From Candidatus Nanopelagicales bacterium (GTDB taxonomy: Bacteria > Actinomycetota > Actinomycetes > S36-B12 > UBA5976), in contig JBIJDU010000001.1 in NCBI GenBank assembly GCA_044343935.1, positions 29,151 through 93,150 of the forward strand: a stretch of 64,000 nt of DNA, in the 5' to 3' direction. Shown piece by piece: positions 8,447 to 17,266 of the stretch; position 1 is the first letter of the stretch; the number at the start of each line of letters is the position of its first letter. Made by a program: the position numbers and the translations under genes. The notes under the pieces are model-generated. The model was not told where the DNA came from. It was given only the letters and a program-made list of their open reading frames with translations, and did no database searches.

Positions 8447-9219
8447 TCTTCTTTATCGGGATTTTCGGTAAGCAACTCAGTTAAATCTTCCAAGCCACTG
8501 GTGTATTGGCCAAGCGTGGTGCGAGCGGTATCAATCTGATCACGAATTGAAAGATAGCCAACCTCAAGCGATTTTGCGACTGCTGCCGCTTCTCTGCGAA
8601 TCTTTTCAATCTTTGCTCGTTCTCGAGCTAATTCAGCAGAGATTTTTTCTCGCACATCGTCTAATTTCTTTTGAGCTTGTGCTTGCGCTTCAGCAATGAT
8701 TTGCTCCGCTTCTTTTGCGGTGGCGTAGCGACGCTGCTCTAGTTCTTTTCGCAATGATTCCATCTCTGCGGCAACCTTGCGATCCATCTCAGCTTGGATT
8801 CGTTCTGATTGCTGTTCCAGTTGAGCACGCTTGGTTTCTGCATCAGCAATCATTTTAGCTGACATAGTTTCGGCATCACGCAATTTCGATTCAGTCTCTT
8901 TGCGCATTCGCTCGGTTTCTTTACGAGCCTCAGTTAGCCTTTTTTCAATTTCAGCCAAGGTGCGTTGCTCTGCGTCCTTTGTAGCTTTAACAATTGCTAG
9001 GGTGTGCTCACCAGCAAGTGCAACTATTTCAACTTCGTTGAGTGAATATAGGTCACGCCGCTTCTTTAGTTCGTTAACTTCCGCACGCAGTGCACTGATC
9101 TGCTCAGCTGCGGCAGCATCTAAATCTTCATTATGAGTGATGTCTTTTGGCGTCTGAGATAAACCCAAACTGTCCGTCATATAATTGACTAGTCGAAGTC
9201 GACCACGATTATTTGCCAT
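8443..9219 (-). CDS. coiled-coil protein of unknown function
   Basis: About 200 aa of E/K/R/A/Q-rich heptad-like sequence (RKETERMRKETESKLRDAE...). The start was moved to ATG 9219, which is preceded by GGAGAAAAAG; the track's TTG start is at 9261. No enzymatic motif seen. Confidence 0.6.
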   Translation of the reverse strand: MANNRGRLRLVNYMTDSLGLSQTPKDITHNEDLDAAAAEQISALRAEVNELKKRRDLYSLNEVEIVALAGEHTLAIVKATKDAEQRTLAEIEKRLTEARKETERMRKETESKLRDAETMSAKMIADAETKRAQLEQQSERIQAEMDRKVAAEMESLRKELEQRRYATAKEAEQIIAEAQAQAQKKLDDVREKISAELARERAKIEKIRREAAAVAKSLEVGYLSIRDQIDTARTTLGQYTSGLEDLTELLTENPDKED

Positions 9220-9285
9220 CTTTTTCTCCACATCACTAACTCGTGGCAGAAGAATACCCAACTCAAATCCCCAGTCATTACCTGG

Positions 9286-10347
9286 CTAGGGACGAAGTGC
9301 GGCCAGCATTGCCTTAAGTTCGGTAGCTATCACCGCTGAAGCCTCACGAGTCCAATGAATGCCATCTGCCTGCCGGAGCAATATCCGATTCCCGTTGATA
9401 GTGGCACTTAAATCCGGTTGGAGATTTGTAAAAGCATCTAAATACTTGAGCTCAGGAATTAGCAACGAGGTATCAGCCAGACTTTGATTAACTTGTCGAT
9501 AACTTAAGTTTCTATTTTTATCGGAAACTACTGGTGGCCCGGCCCAAACTACATTTGTCACATTATTAGAAATAAACTCCTGAGTAACTAATTGAACGCG
9601 TCTGGAATATTCCGTTACCCATTGCTCACTACCGCGCGGCACTAACTCGCCACCGGTAACCATGTTGCCAGTATCGCTACCACCAAGAATCATAATTACT
9701 AAATCAGGTTGGTATTTAGTTGTTAGGTCGCGAGCATATTGGGCCCAATCCAGCACGTTTGGTTTTGTTAGACCAGAACCATTTGCCCATTCAATGCGAA
9801 CCACAAATCTAGAGTCCGCAGCAAGTAGTTTTACTAATTCCTGACCGGCAAATGTTGACAGTGAATCGCCAGTTACTAAAACACGAATTGTTTTACCAAC
9901 TTGTTCAGGCTTGAAGTCCAATGGATTCAAAACTGGAATTGACGTAGTAACTATGCCATCACCTGGCCTTGATTCTGGTTCAAGTAATTCTGGTTCTGGA
10001 AGTTCCTGATCAACTTCAACAATACTCTCAGCTCCAATAGTTTCATCAACTAATGAAATACCATCACGATCGCGATTTCTAATCCGATCGATCACGCTCT
10101 CCACTGAACCAACTCCGGAGCTTTCTGAGATTCGCTTCATGAAATCTGAAATAGGTAGCGATATGGATCTAATCGGACCGGGTTCAATTGCTAAGGCGGC
10201 GGTGTAAATAGCTGATGCATTAACAAACCAACTAGCCATACCTACCAACCAGACAGTGAGGATAACGCTGGCCGCATTACGAGATGCGCCACGATATTGA
10301 ACTATCAATCGGTGACCGACGGTTTCGCGTTTTGATGTTGGGTTCAT
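9286..10347 (-). CDS. membrane-anchored SGNH/GDSL-family esterase or acyltransferase (PatB/AlgJ-like role proposed)
   Basis: N-terminal TM segment and an acidic linker. Block I is VLVTGDSLS, block III-like is LGGSDTGN, and block V is DGIHWT (Asp-x-x-His). Lies 2 nt downstream of the MBOAT gene. Confidence 0.75.
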   Translation of the reverse strand: MNPTSKRETVGHRLIVQYRGASRNAASVILTVWLVGMASWFVNASAIYTAALAIEPGPIRSISLPISDFMKRISESSGVGSVESVIDRIRNRDRDGISLVDETIGAESIVEVDQELPEPELLEPESRPGDGIVTTSIPVLNPLDFKPEQVGKTIRVLVTGDSLSTFAGQELVKLLAADSRFVVRIEWANGSGLTKPNVLDWAQYARDLTTKYQPDLVIMILGGSDTGNMVTGGELVPRGSEQWVTEYSRRVQLVTQEFISNNVTNVVWAGPPVVSDKNRNLSYRQVNQSLADTSLLIPELKYLDAFTNLQPDLSATINGNRILLRQADGIHWTREASAVIATELKAMLAALRP

Positions 10348-10349
10348 AA

Positions 10350-11756
10350 TCAGAATTGGAAGTAGATAAAGGGGCTGACGCCCGTGCCGGAGGTTAGGAG
10401 CATCACTAACGCGGTCGCGATGCCAACGCCAATTGCAGCTAATGGTACTGGAATTACCCCAATTAAGTCATTGCTTCGCTGAGTTAATCGGCTTGGCAAG
10501 TACTGTCCAAATAATCCAATTGCGATTAGTAACAAAACTAACGGAGTTACAGTTATTGTCGCTTGGTTAATTGAAGTAAACAATTCAGTAAACATATTTA
10601 AAGCATCAGTAATTGTTTCAGATCGGAAGAAGATCCAAACCAGATTAACAAAAATGAAGGTAAGAGCAACCGAGATAGCATAAGGAAGCCGGAATTTGTA
10701 GTTGAGGCGGATATAACGTTCAACAGCTAATCCAATGCCGTGTAGTAGTCCCCATACAATAAAAGTGACACTTGCACCGTGCCAGAAACCGCCGATAGTC
10801 ATAGTTGCTATCAAGTTGATTGTTGTTCGTCGCTCACCTTTTTGATTGCCACCTAGTCCAACATATAAATAATCGCGTAGAAAGCGGGAAAGTGTCATAT
10901 GCCATCTGCGCCAGAATTCTTGCAAACTGGCCGAACGGTAGGGTCGATCGAAGTTTTGTGCGAAACGGAATCCAAGCAGCATTGCAATACCAATTGCCAT
11001 GTCGGTGTATCCCGAAAAGTCGCAATAAATTTGAACACCAAACGCGAGCACTGCAATCAAAATATCCCAAGTCGAATAGGCAGATGGTGCACCAAAGACT
11101 TGATCCACCGAGAGTCGACCAAGCTGATCGGCTATTACTACCTTCTTGATTAGGCCGGAAGCAATCAATACCAAAGCAGGAGATAGCGGGATCTCTCGCG
11201 GATTTCGGGGCGATTGCAGTTGCGGGATAAATTCAGCTGGCCGCACGATAGGTCCAGCCACGAGTTGGGGGAAGAAAGTGAGGAATACTGAGAAATCAAG
11301 GAAACTTGCCGGCAGCATCTGCTCGCGGTAAACATCCATCACATAGGAAATTGCTTGGAAAGTATAAAACGAGATGCCAATTGGCAAAATAATTCGCAGT
11401 GCCAGTAAATTTGAATCTCCACCAAAATTACCAAATATTGCATTAAACGAATCAATAAAGAAGTTAAAGTATTTGAAAATACCCAAGATGAGCAAATCAA
11501 CAAAAATAATGATAGCTAACCAGACTGTTTTTGCCCGATGATCATGCCTTACTTGATAAATGCGAATTGCAGCAAATTGATTTGCGATCACTATGATTAC
11601 TAATAGAGCAACAAATCTAATATCGGCCCATCCATAAAATACTAATGAGGCCAGGATGATAAATGGTTTCCAATACTTTGGCATTGGCATAAGCAACCAA
11701 CTAATCAAGATAACAACGCTAAAAAACAACGCAAAAGTTAGAGTAGGAAATGCCAT
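10350..11756 (-). CDS. MBOAT-family membrane O-acyltransferase (AlgI/DltB/PatA-like)
   Basis: Polytopic protein with the signatures FWRRWHMTLSRFLRDYLY and GGFWHGAS...WGLLHG, including the conserved MBOAT His. Confidence 0.9.
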   Translation of the reverse strand: MAFPTLTFALFFSVVILISWLLMPMPKYWKPFIILASLVFYGWADIRFVALLVIIVIANQFAAIRIYQVRHDHRAKTVWLAIIIFVDLLILGIFKYFNFFIDSFNAIFGNFGGDSNLLALRIILPIGISFYTFQAISYVMDVYREQMLPASFLDFSVFLTFFPQLVAGPIVRPAEFIPQLQSPRNPREIPLSPALVLIASGLIKKVVIADQLGRLSVDQVFGAPSAYSTWDILIAVLAFGVQIYCDFSGYTDMAIGIAMLLGFRFAQNFDRPYRSASLQEFWRRWHMTLSRFLRDYLYVGLGGNQKGERRTTINLIATMTIGGFWHGASVTFIVWGLLHGIGLAVERYIRLNYKFRLPYAISVALTFIFVNLVWIFFRSETITDALNMFTELFTSINQATITVTPLVLLLIAIGLFGQYLPSRLTQRSNDLIGVIPVPLAAIGVGIATALVMLLTSGTGVSPFIYFQF

Positions 11757-11769
11757 GTTTTGTTTATTC

Positions 11770-12786
11770 CTACTTACTTAACTCTTTTTTGGTAATGCTT
11801 ACCTCTGTCTCGCTGGCATAAACAAACCAAATTTGACCAGACTTAAGAGCTACTTCTTCTTGCTGATAAGTGAAGGTTGGAAACTGATTGTCTGCTGGTC
11901 GTTGCCAAGTTACTGGCAAGCTCTTGCCATCGCGCAATATATATCCGGTGCCAGTTCCAGTTAAAATTTGATCAGGCACGTCTTTGCCATAAGAATCTTT
12001 CAACCCCGAAGATTTTGTTTGGGTAATTTGTACTACAACTGTGGTTGGCGTAAGTGATTTGTTAGTTGCAGTATCTAACGCAACTTCGCCATCAAAAAAT
12101 ACTTCCCAACCCCGACCTGGTAGCCATCTAAATTCAGTATCACTAGCTGGATAGTCGATCAAAACGCTCTCGGTCTTCTCGGCCATTGGGTGAAATAAGC
12201 GATTAAATTCAAATCCTTGCACCGCTTTACTTACTTCACGCTTTGCTTGAGCAAGTTCTAATAATCTTGCCGGATTCACCATCAAGTTATGAGGTGCATA
12301 GCGTGGTGGTTCATCTCGAAACCAACCATCCCCAGTTACCCGATTTGAAATATCAACGAATGGTTCAGCATCCAGCAGTGGAATTAACTTGGTTTGCGCG
12401 CCGGAGTAACCAAATGCTGGCGCACCAAATTGGCGCAAGATTGAGATATCAGTTGGTCGAGCAGATCGAATTGGACCTACGCTTTGCGGAAGTTCGGTGG
12501 CATACACAGCAACTAATCTGGAATAGCCTCCCTCAATCTTTTCCACATAGATTTGATCGGCTGCAGTTAAGCCTTCGTGTGGCCGGGCATTTTTCACGTT
12601 ATCAATCTTGAGGACTAATACCGGCTTATTCAAGCCGAATTCACGGCCAGATAGTGGACTTGGGTTAACAGGTCCGGGATCAACGACTTCGCTTGGTTCT
12701 TGATTGAACAGCGAATTAATTTGGGCAGCACAGCCTGTCAACAAGGACAAAGTTACCAGGGCAAGCGCCCACCGTTTTAGTGACAC
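11770..12786 (-). CDS. DUF3048-family lipoprotein
   Basis: Lipobox LLTGC. PVLVLKIDNVKNARPHEGL...YVEKIEGGYSRLVAVY matches my recollection of DUF3048 (B. subtilis YerB type). Confidence 0.7.
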   Translation of the reverse strand: MSLKRWALALVTLSLLTGCAAQINSLFNQEPSEVVDPGPVNPSPLSGREFGLNKPVLVLKIDNVKNARPHEGLTAADQIYVEKIEGGYSRLVAVYATELPQSVGPIRSARPTDISILRQFGAPAFGYSGAQTKLIPLLDAEPFVDISNRVTGDGWFRDEPPRYAPHNLMVNPARLLELAQAKREVSKAVQGFEFNRLFHPMAEKTESVLIDYPASDTEFRWLPGRGWEVFFDGEVALDTATNKSLTPTTVVVQITQTKSSGLKDSYGKDVPDQILTGTGTGYILRDGKSLPVTWQRPADNQFPTFTYQQEEVALKSGQIWFVYASETEVSITKKELSK

Positions 12787-12800
12787 GAGACGGGATTAAA

Positions 12801-13943
12801 TCACACTAACTGACGCCAGTGGCGAATCATGTAACTAAAGCACCCGATGCTCACCAGCAGAATTGGGGCTAACAGGATTGGCAGCACCTCAGCGCCATAG
12901 CGCTCCAGTAAGAATCCGGCAGCAGGCGGCAAAATCAACGCGCCCGTCATCGCGGCCAGCAGCAATAGCGTTGTTGCCAGCGGATCGCCAGGCGTGCGGG
13001 CAGCAATCCAATCAGAAGCTGCGGCAAATACGGGACCAATCAATAGACCCATAAGTGCTATTGCGTAAGGGGCAAAATCAAAAAATATAATGGCTGATAT
13101 TACGACTGGAAAAGCTAAACCAACTGAACTAAGTAGCAAATGTTCTGCGGAAATTTTATGTGAAAGTGGTGTTGCCACAATGCGTCCGATGGTAAACATC
13201 AAATAGAACAGTGCGCCACTAATTGCACCTGACTCTAGTGATCCGGTTCGCTCTTGCATCAAAGTTGGCAGCCATGATCCGGCAGAGACTTCCAATCCCA
13301 CATAAAAAGCGATACCAACAAAAAATACAGCCAACATAGGCTTGTTACGCACTACTTTAATTTGTGCGGTATTCACTTCTACATTCCAATTTAGGCCACT
13401 GAGTAATAGCAAGGAAAGTGCAGCAACTACAACGGTTCCGATCATAATGTTTGGCAAATAATCAGCTGTTAAAATTGCAACTAATAGTGGTCCCAGAATT
13501 GCACCAATTCCAAAAACCGCATTAGAAAAATTAATTTTTACGCTAGTTCGATTATCTGAGCGAGTAATTGCTTGAATCAATCCAACGTCAAGCACGCCGA
13601 AACCAAATCCGGCAAACAAGGCAGCAAATAACACATAACTAAATTCAGGTGCTAACACAATCCCTGAAAAACCAACGGCAAAGGCAACAATGCCTAATCT
13701 GATAAACCAAAAAATGGTTTTTGTTCGCACTAGTAATTGAGTGAGTAAGATTCCAGACAATGCACCAGCGTTGAGCACAAAAAGAGTGGTGCCAACTGTG
13801 CCAATACCTAAGTTATGTTTATCCGCTAACCATGGCAAAACTGGACCCCAGCCACCAGAGGTGAGTCCGAGAGAAGCAAAAATAGCGCTAGCACCGACAT
13901 AGCTTTTTGTTGAAACCTCACGCGCTGCTGTTGAATTAGCCAT
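12801..13943 (-). CDS. MFS transporter
   Basis: 380 aa with about 12 hydrophobic helices. Lies 14 nt upstream of the DUF3048 gene on the same strand. Confidence 0.8.
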   Translation of the reverse strand: MANSTAAREVSTKSYVGASAIFASLGLTSGGWGPVLPWLADKHNLGIGTVGTTLFVLNAGALSGILLTQLLVRTKTIFWFIRLGIVAFAVGFSGIVLAPEFSYVLFAALFAGFGFGVLDVGLIQAITRSDNRTSVKINFSNAVFGIGAILGPLLVAILTADYLPNIMIGTVVVAALSLLLLSGLNWNVEVNTAQIKVVRNKPMLAVFFVGIAFYVGLEVSAGSWLPTLMQERTGSLESGAISGALFYLMFTIGRIVATPLSHKISAEHLLLSSVGLAFPVVISAIIFFDFAPYAIALMGLLIGPVFAAASDWIAARTPGDPLATTLLLLAAMTGALILPPAAGFLLERYGAEVLPILLAPILLVSIGCFSYMIRHWRQLV

Positions 13944-13993
13944 AGGGGGAATAGTTTGCTCTAGTTAATCAAAAAAGGATAACCGAATTGCGG

Positions 13994-14386
13994 TTAACTT
14001 CGATTTGATTTTCTTAGTTCTTCTAATATTTCACGAAGTAAATTTACTTCGGCCGGCTCTAGATTCTCACTTGAGTCTAAATTATCCTGCCTAATTAGCG
14101 TTCTTATTCGGTTTACTGGCACTATCACTACAAAATAAAGCACCGTAGACGTGATTAAAAACGCCATGGCAGCGTTAATCACTATGCCCAGATCGATTGC
14201 TTGCCCACCGCCAATACTGATTGCAATTTCAGCGGTTTCAGCACCTGCAACTCTTGCCACAAGTGGAGTTAGCACTCCTGTTGAGATAGCAGTAACCATC
14301 GCAGTAAAGGCGGCACCAATGACCACACCAACAGCAAGATCTAAAACAGAACCACGCAGAATAAAGTCTCGATATCCCTTGAACAT
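13994..14386 (-). CDS. mscL: large-conductance mechanosensitive channel
   Basis: The MFKGYRDFILRGSVLDLAVGVVIGAAFTAMV N-terminus is diagnostic. 130 aa. Confidence 0.95.
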   Translation of the reverse strand: MFKGYRDFILRGSVLDLAVGVVIGAAFTAMVTAISTGVLTPLVARVAGAETAEIAISIGGGQAIDLGIVINAAMAFLITSTVLYFVVIVPVNRIRTLIRQDNLDSSENLEPAEVNLLREILEELRKSNRS

Positions 14387-14404
14387 TGCACTTCCTATCT
14401 CAAG

Positions 14405-14842
14405 CTAATTTGCTGCCGTTAGCAGCACCTGCAAACTGCCATCCTGGTTTGCTGCAGCAACTTTAGTTGCTTCAACAGGTGTCACCGCAATTAGAAGTTC
14501 GATTGCGCTACCACCAAGTCTAGATCTAGTGCTGCCAACGTTGAGAATTTGAGCACTTCGAGCAACGGTTGTGGCATAGCCATCGGTTACGCTGATTAAA
14601 TCGATTTGTTGACCTGGGCTGATTGCCAGTGCAACCAACTCGCTCGTGAGTTCAATTGCGATTGCGGATTTCCCGCTAGGAATCTCTAATTGTGAGATTG
14701 TTGAAAGTTCATTTTGAGTTGCTGCTATTTCACTGCTAATGATCAAGGTGGCCAAGCCAGCAAGCGAAGCCGCAATCAATCGACGATTACGTCGAATGGA
14801 GCGTGGCAACGCAGTTTTACTTAGGCTTAATTGATATTTCAT
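14405..14842 (-). CDS. SAF-domain/CpaB-like membrane-anchored protein
   Basis: N-terminal anchor RRNRRLIAASLAGLATLII followed by a beta-rich domain. A gene of this type sits beside mscL/fmdB in many actinobacteria. The domain call is from memory only. Confidence 0.45.
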   Translation of the reverse strand: MKYQLSLSKTALPRSIRRNRRLIAASLAGLATLIISSEIAATQNELSTISQLEIPSGKSAIAIELTSELVALAISPGQQIDLISVTDGYATTVARSAQILNVGSTRSRLGGSAIELLIAVTPVEATKVAAANQDGSLQVLLTAAN

Positions 14843-14901
14843 ACTGTTCCGCTATTAAGTTAAGCGGATTACTGCAGACCTTGGTTTAGTTATGCACAGG
14901 A

Positions 14902-15105
14902 TCAGTCAGTGGTACTGCCGCCCGATTGCGGCCTGGAGTCAGTTTTATAAAACCCGGGCCCTTTGAAAAGGACGCCAATGCCGCCATAGACCTTTTTGGT
15001 AGCACCATTACATTCTGGACAATTGGGTATGGTGTTGTCCTCAAAAGACTGAATCACTTCAAAGCCATGAGCACAAGCGGTGCATTGAAACTGGTAAGTG
15101 GGCAT
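14902..15105 (-). CDS. FmdB-family zinc-ribbon protein
   Basis: MPTYQFQCTACAHGFEV...CPECNG, with two CxxC pairs. The start was moved to ATG 15105; the track's GTG start is at 15123. Confidence 0.85.
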   Translation of the reverse strand: MPTYQFQCTACAHGFEVIQSFEDNTIPNCPECNGATKKVYGGIGVLFKGPGFYKTDSRPQSGGSTTD

Positions 15106-15130
15106 AAGCGGATTATCCAACACCTAGACT

Positions 15131-15490
15131 TTGGGAATGCAACGGATATCGCCCAAGTTACTTTTGATTGTTGCGGCAGGCGGCGTATTCGGTGCGTTGG
15201 CGCGTTGGCAGCTGGCAGAATTGATTGATACTGATGTGGCCAGTTTGGCTGTGATCAATTTAAGCGGCAGTTTGTTAATTGGTGTTGCGGCGGCTACCAG
15301 CACCTCAGATGCAATTCGATCCTTTTTCCAAATTGGATTTCTCGGATCATTTACCAGCATGTCGGCAGTGATTGTTTTGCTCGCCCCAAATTTCACCAGT
15401 AGCAATTCATTGTTTTTGATTCTGGTTACATTAGTGCTTGCGCCAGTTTTTGCTTCGCAGGGGATGAAGTTAGTCGGAGCACTGAAATGA
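15131..15490 (+). CDS. crcB: fluoride channel CrcB/FluC, paralog 1
   Basis: About 119 aa with 4 TM segments. Motifs GGVFGALARW and LGSFTSMS (degenerate GGxTTFS). Overlaps paralog 2 by 4 nt. Alternative ATG at 15137. Confidence 0.8.
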   Translation: MGMQRISPKLLLIVAAGGVFGALARWQLAELIDTDVASLAVINLSGSLLIGVAAATSTSDAIRSFFQIGFLGSFTSMSAVIVLLAPNFTSSNSLFLILVTLVLAPVFASQGMKLVGALK

Positions 15491-15798
15491 TTCTAATTAT
15501 TACTATTTCTGCGGCAGCAGGTGCAATACTTAGGTATTTACTAAGTTCGTTAAATCGAGATTTTCCGTGGGGAACGTTATTAGCAAATAATTTAGCTGTA
15601 TTTAGCATTCCGTTTTTTTTGCAATTTTCAAGTGAGTTCAGCACAGCAATGATTATTGGTTTTGCTGGTTCATTATCAACTGTTAGCAGCTACGCGTTAG
15701 AGATAACTAAATTGCCGAGGATTTTCAAAGTTCGATATAGCATTTTGACCTTGGTTAGCTGTGTTACAAGTTTTGAATTGGCTAATTTTGTATTTTAA
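15487..15798 (+). CDS. crcB: fluoride channel CrcB/FluC, paralog 2
   Basis: 103 aa with AAAGAILRY and AGSLSTVS. The tandem pair is typical of the heterodimeric actinobacterial Fluc. Confidence 0.8.
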   Translation: MILIITISAAAGAILRYLLSSLNRDFPWGTLLANNLAVFSIPFFLQFSSEFSTAMIIGFAGSLSTVSSYALEITKLPRIFKVRYSILTLVSCVTSFELANFVF

Positions 15799-16318
15799 TT
15801 ATTTGAGTTGGTGTTGCAATAAAATCTACTTTCACATCATGGGATTCTGCCGGAACATTAGGCACGATATCTTCGTCATAGACTAAAACTAATTTAAGTG
15901 GGGTAACTCCAGCTAAATTACGATCAAAATAACCACGACCAAATCCAAGTCGATTGCCAGCTAGATCAACAGCTAAGGCTGGAAAAATTACGGCAGCTAA
16001 TTGATTTACTGGAATTGTAATGTCAGAGCTGGGTTCATCAATACCAAATTTTCCAACTTGAAATTCATTAGTAAGTTTGCGCCAAGAGAGATTCTCGCCA
16101 ATTACTGCTGGCGCATAAAATTGAAATTGATTAGTCAGCTGGGAGATAAGCGAGGTAGTGCTCAACTCACCTGGACGATTTAGATAACAGCCGATTGGCG
16201 AGTTGGGGGCTAACTCTCGGTGCAGCAGTTCAATTAATTGAGTTGTGGGAGCGCCACCTTTTCTACCCTGCCGCCGCTCCATAGCCTGGGCTCTAAGTTC
16301 CGACTTGGTTGGAGTCAT
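15782..16318 (-). CDS. 5-formyltetrahydrofolate cyclo-ligase
   Basis: FGIDEP and ALAVDLAGNRLGFGRGYFDR motifs. Its 3' end overlaps crcB paralog 2 by 17 nt (convergent). Confidence 0.85.
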   Translation of the reverse strand: MTPTKSELRAQAMERRQGRKGGAPTTQLIELLHRELAPNSPIGCYLNRPGELSTTSLISQLTNQFQFYAPAVIGENLSWRKLTNEFQVGKFGIDEPSSDITIPVNQLAAVIFPALAVDLAGNRLGFGRGYFDRNLAGVTPLKLVLVYDEDIVPNVPAESHDVKVDFIATPTQIIKIQN

Positions 16319-16378
16319 GGCAGTATCGTGGCAGGATATGGCCTGAAACCAAATCTAAGTTGAGAAAGTAGTGTTTCG

Positions 16379-17266
16379 ATGACGGTCCGAAAAGCAGTTT
16401 TGCCGGTTGCTGGCATGGGAACTCGATTCCTGCCGGCCACTAAAGCAACACCAAAAGAGATGTTGCCAATTGTGGATCGCCCGGTAATTCAATATGTGGT
16501 TGAGGAAGCAGTTGCTGCTGGATTATCAGATGTGCTGTTTGTGACCGGTCGAGCAAAGCGAGCATTAGAAGATCACTTTGACTACAACGGTGAATTAGAG
16601 AAAATGCTGCAAGAGCGAAACGATCTAGATAAGTTAAACGCAGTACGCGGTCCGGCGCAATTAGCTCAGATTCATTACGCCAGACAAGGTACGCCAGCTG
16701 GATTGGGACATGCCGTGCTCTGCGCTAAGGCGCATGTTGGTGATGAGACATTTGCGGTGTTGTTAGGCGATGAAATTATTCCAGCTGAGAATAAAGTGCT
16801 TCAGCAAATGTTCTCAGTTTTGGCAAAGCATGGTGGCTCGGTATTACTTTTGAAACGAGTGCCTAAAACGGAAATATCACGTTATGGTGTTGCTGCTATT
16901 AAACCAACAGTTGATGAAAATGTAGTAGAGATAACTGATTTAGTGGAAAAGCCAGATCCAGCAGATGCGCCAAGTGATCTTGCAGTGCTGGGCAGATATG
17001 TCCTAAATCCGGCAATTTTTGAAATTCTGGAAAACACCAAACCTGGCAAAGGTGGTGAAATTCAGTTGACGGACGCACTAAAGGTGCTCGCAACTAGTGC
17101 GGATCCAAAAGTTGGAAAAGTTCATGGCCTAATTTATGAAGGCGAGCGATTTGATACCGGTGAAGTTTTCGGTTACATGACAACAGTAGTTGAGTTGGCG
17201 TCGCGAAGATCTGACATCGGTACCGAATTTAAATCTTGGCTAACGAATTTTGTTAAAGGGTTTTAA
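16379..17266 (+). CDS. galU: UTP--glucose-1-phosphate uridylyltransferase
   Basis: AVLPVAGMGTRFLPATKATPKEMLPIVDRP and LGHAV motifs. Confidence 0.95.
   Translation: MTVRKAVLPVAGMGTRFLPATKATPKEMLPIVDRPVIQYVVEEAVAAGLSDVLFVTGRAKRALEDHFDYNGELEKMLQERNDLDKLNAVRGPAQLAQIHYARQGTPAGLGHAVLCAKAHVGDETFAVLLGDEIIPAENKVLQQMFSVLAKHGGSVLLLKRVPKTEISRYGVAAIKPTVDENVVEITDLVEKPDPADAPSDLAVLGRYVLNPAIFEILENTKPGKGGEIQLTDALKVLATSADPKVGKVHGLIYEGERFDTGEVFGYMTTVVELASRRSDIGTEFKSWLTNFVKGF

Noticed and set aside
15040-15137. Fluoride riboswitch (crcB motif) expected upstream of the crcB pair.
   Set aside because: The crcB start lies only 8-32 nt from the divergent fmdB start. The upstream sequence shows none of the conserved GGCGAUGG / CUGAUGAUGCCUAC-like blocks.
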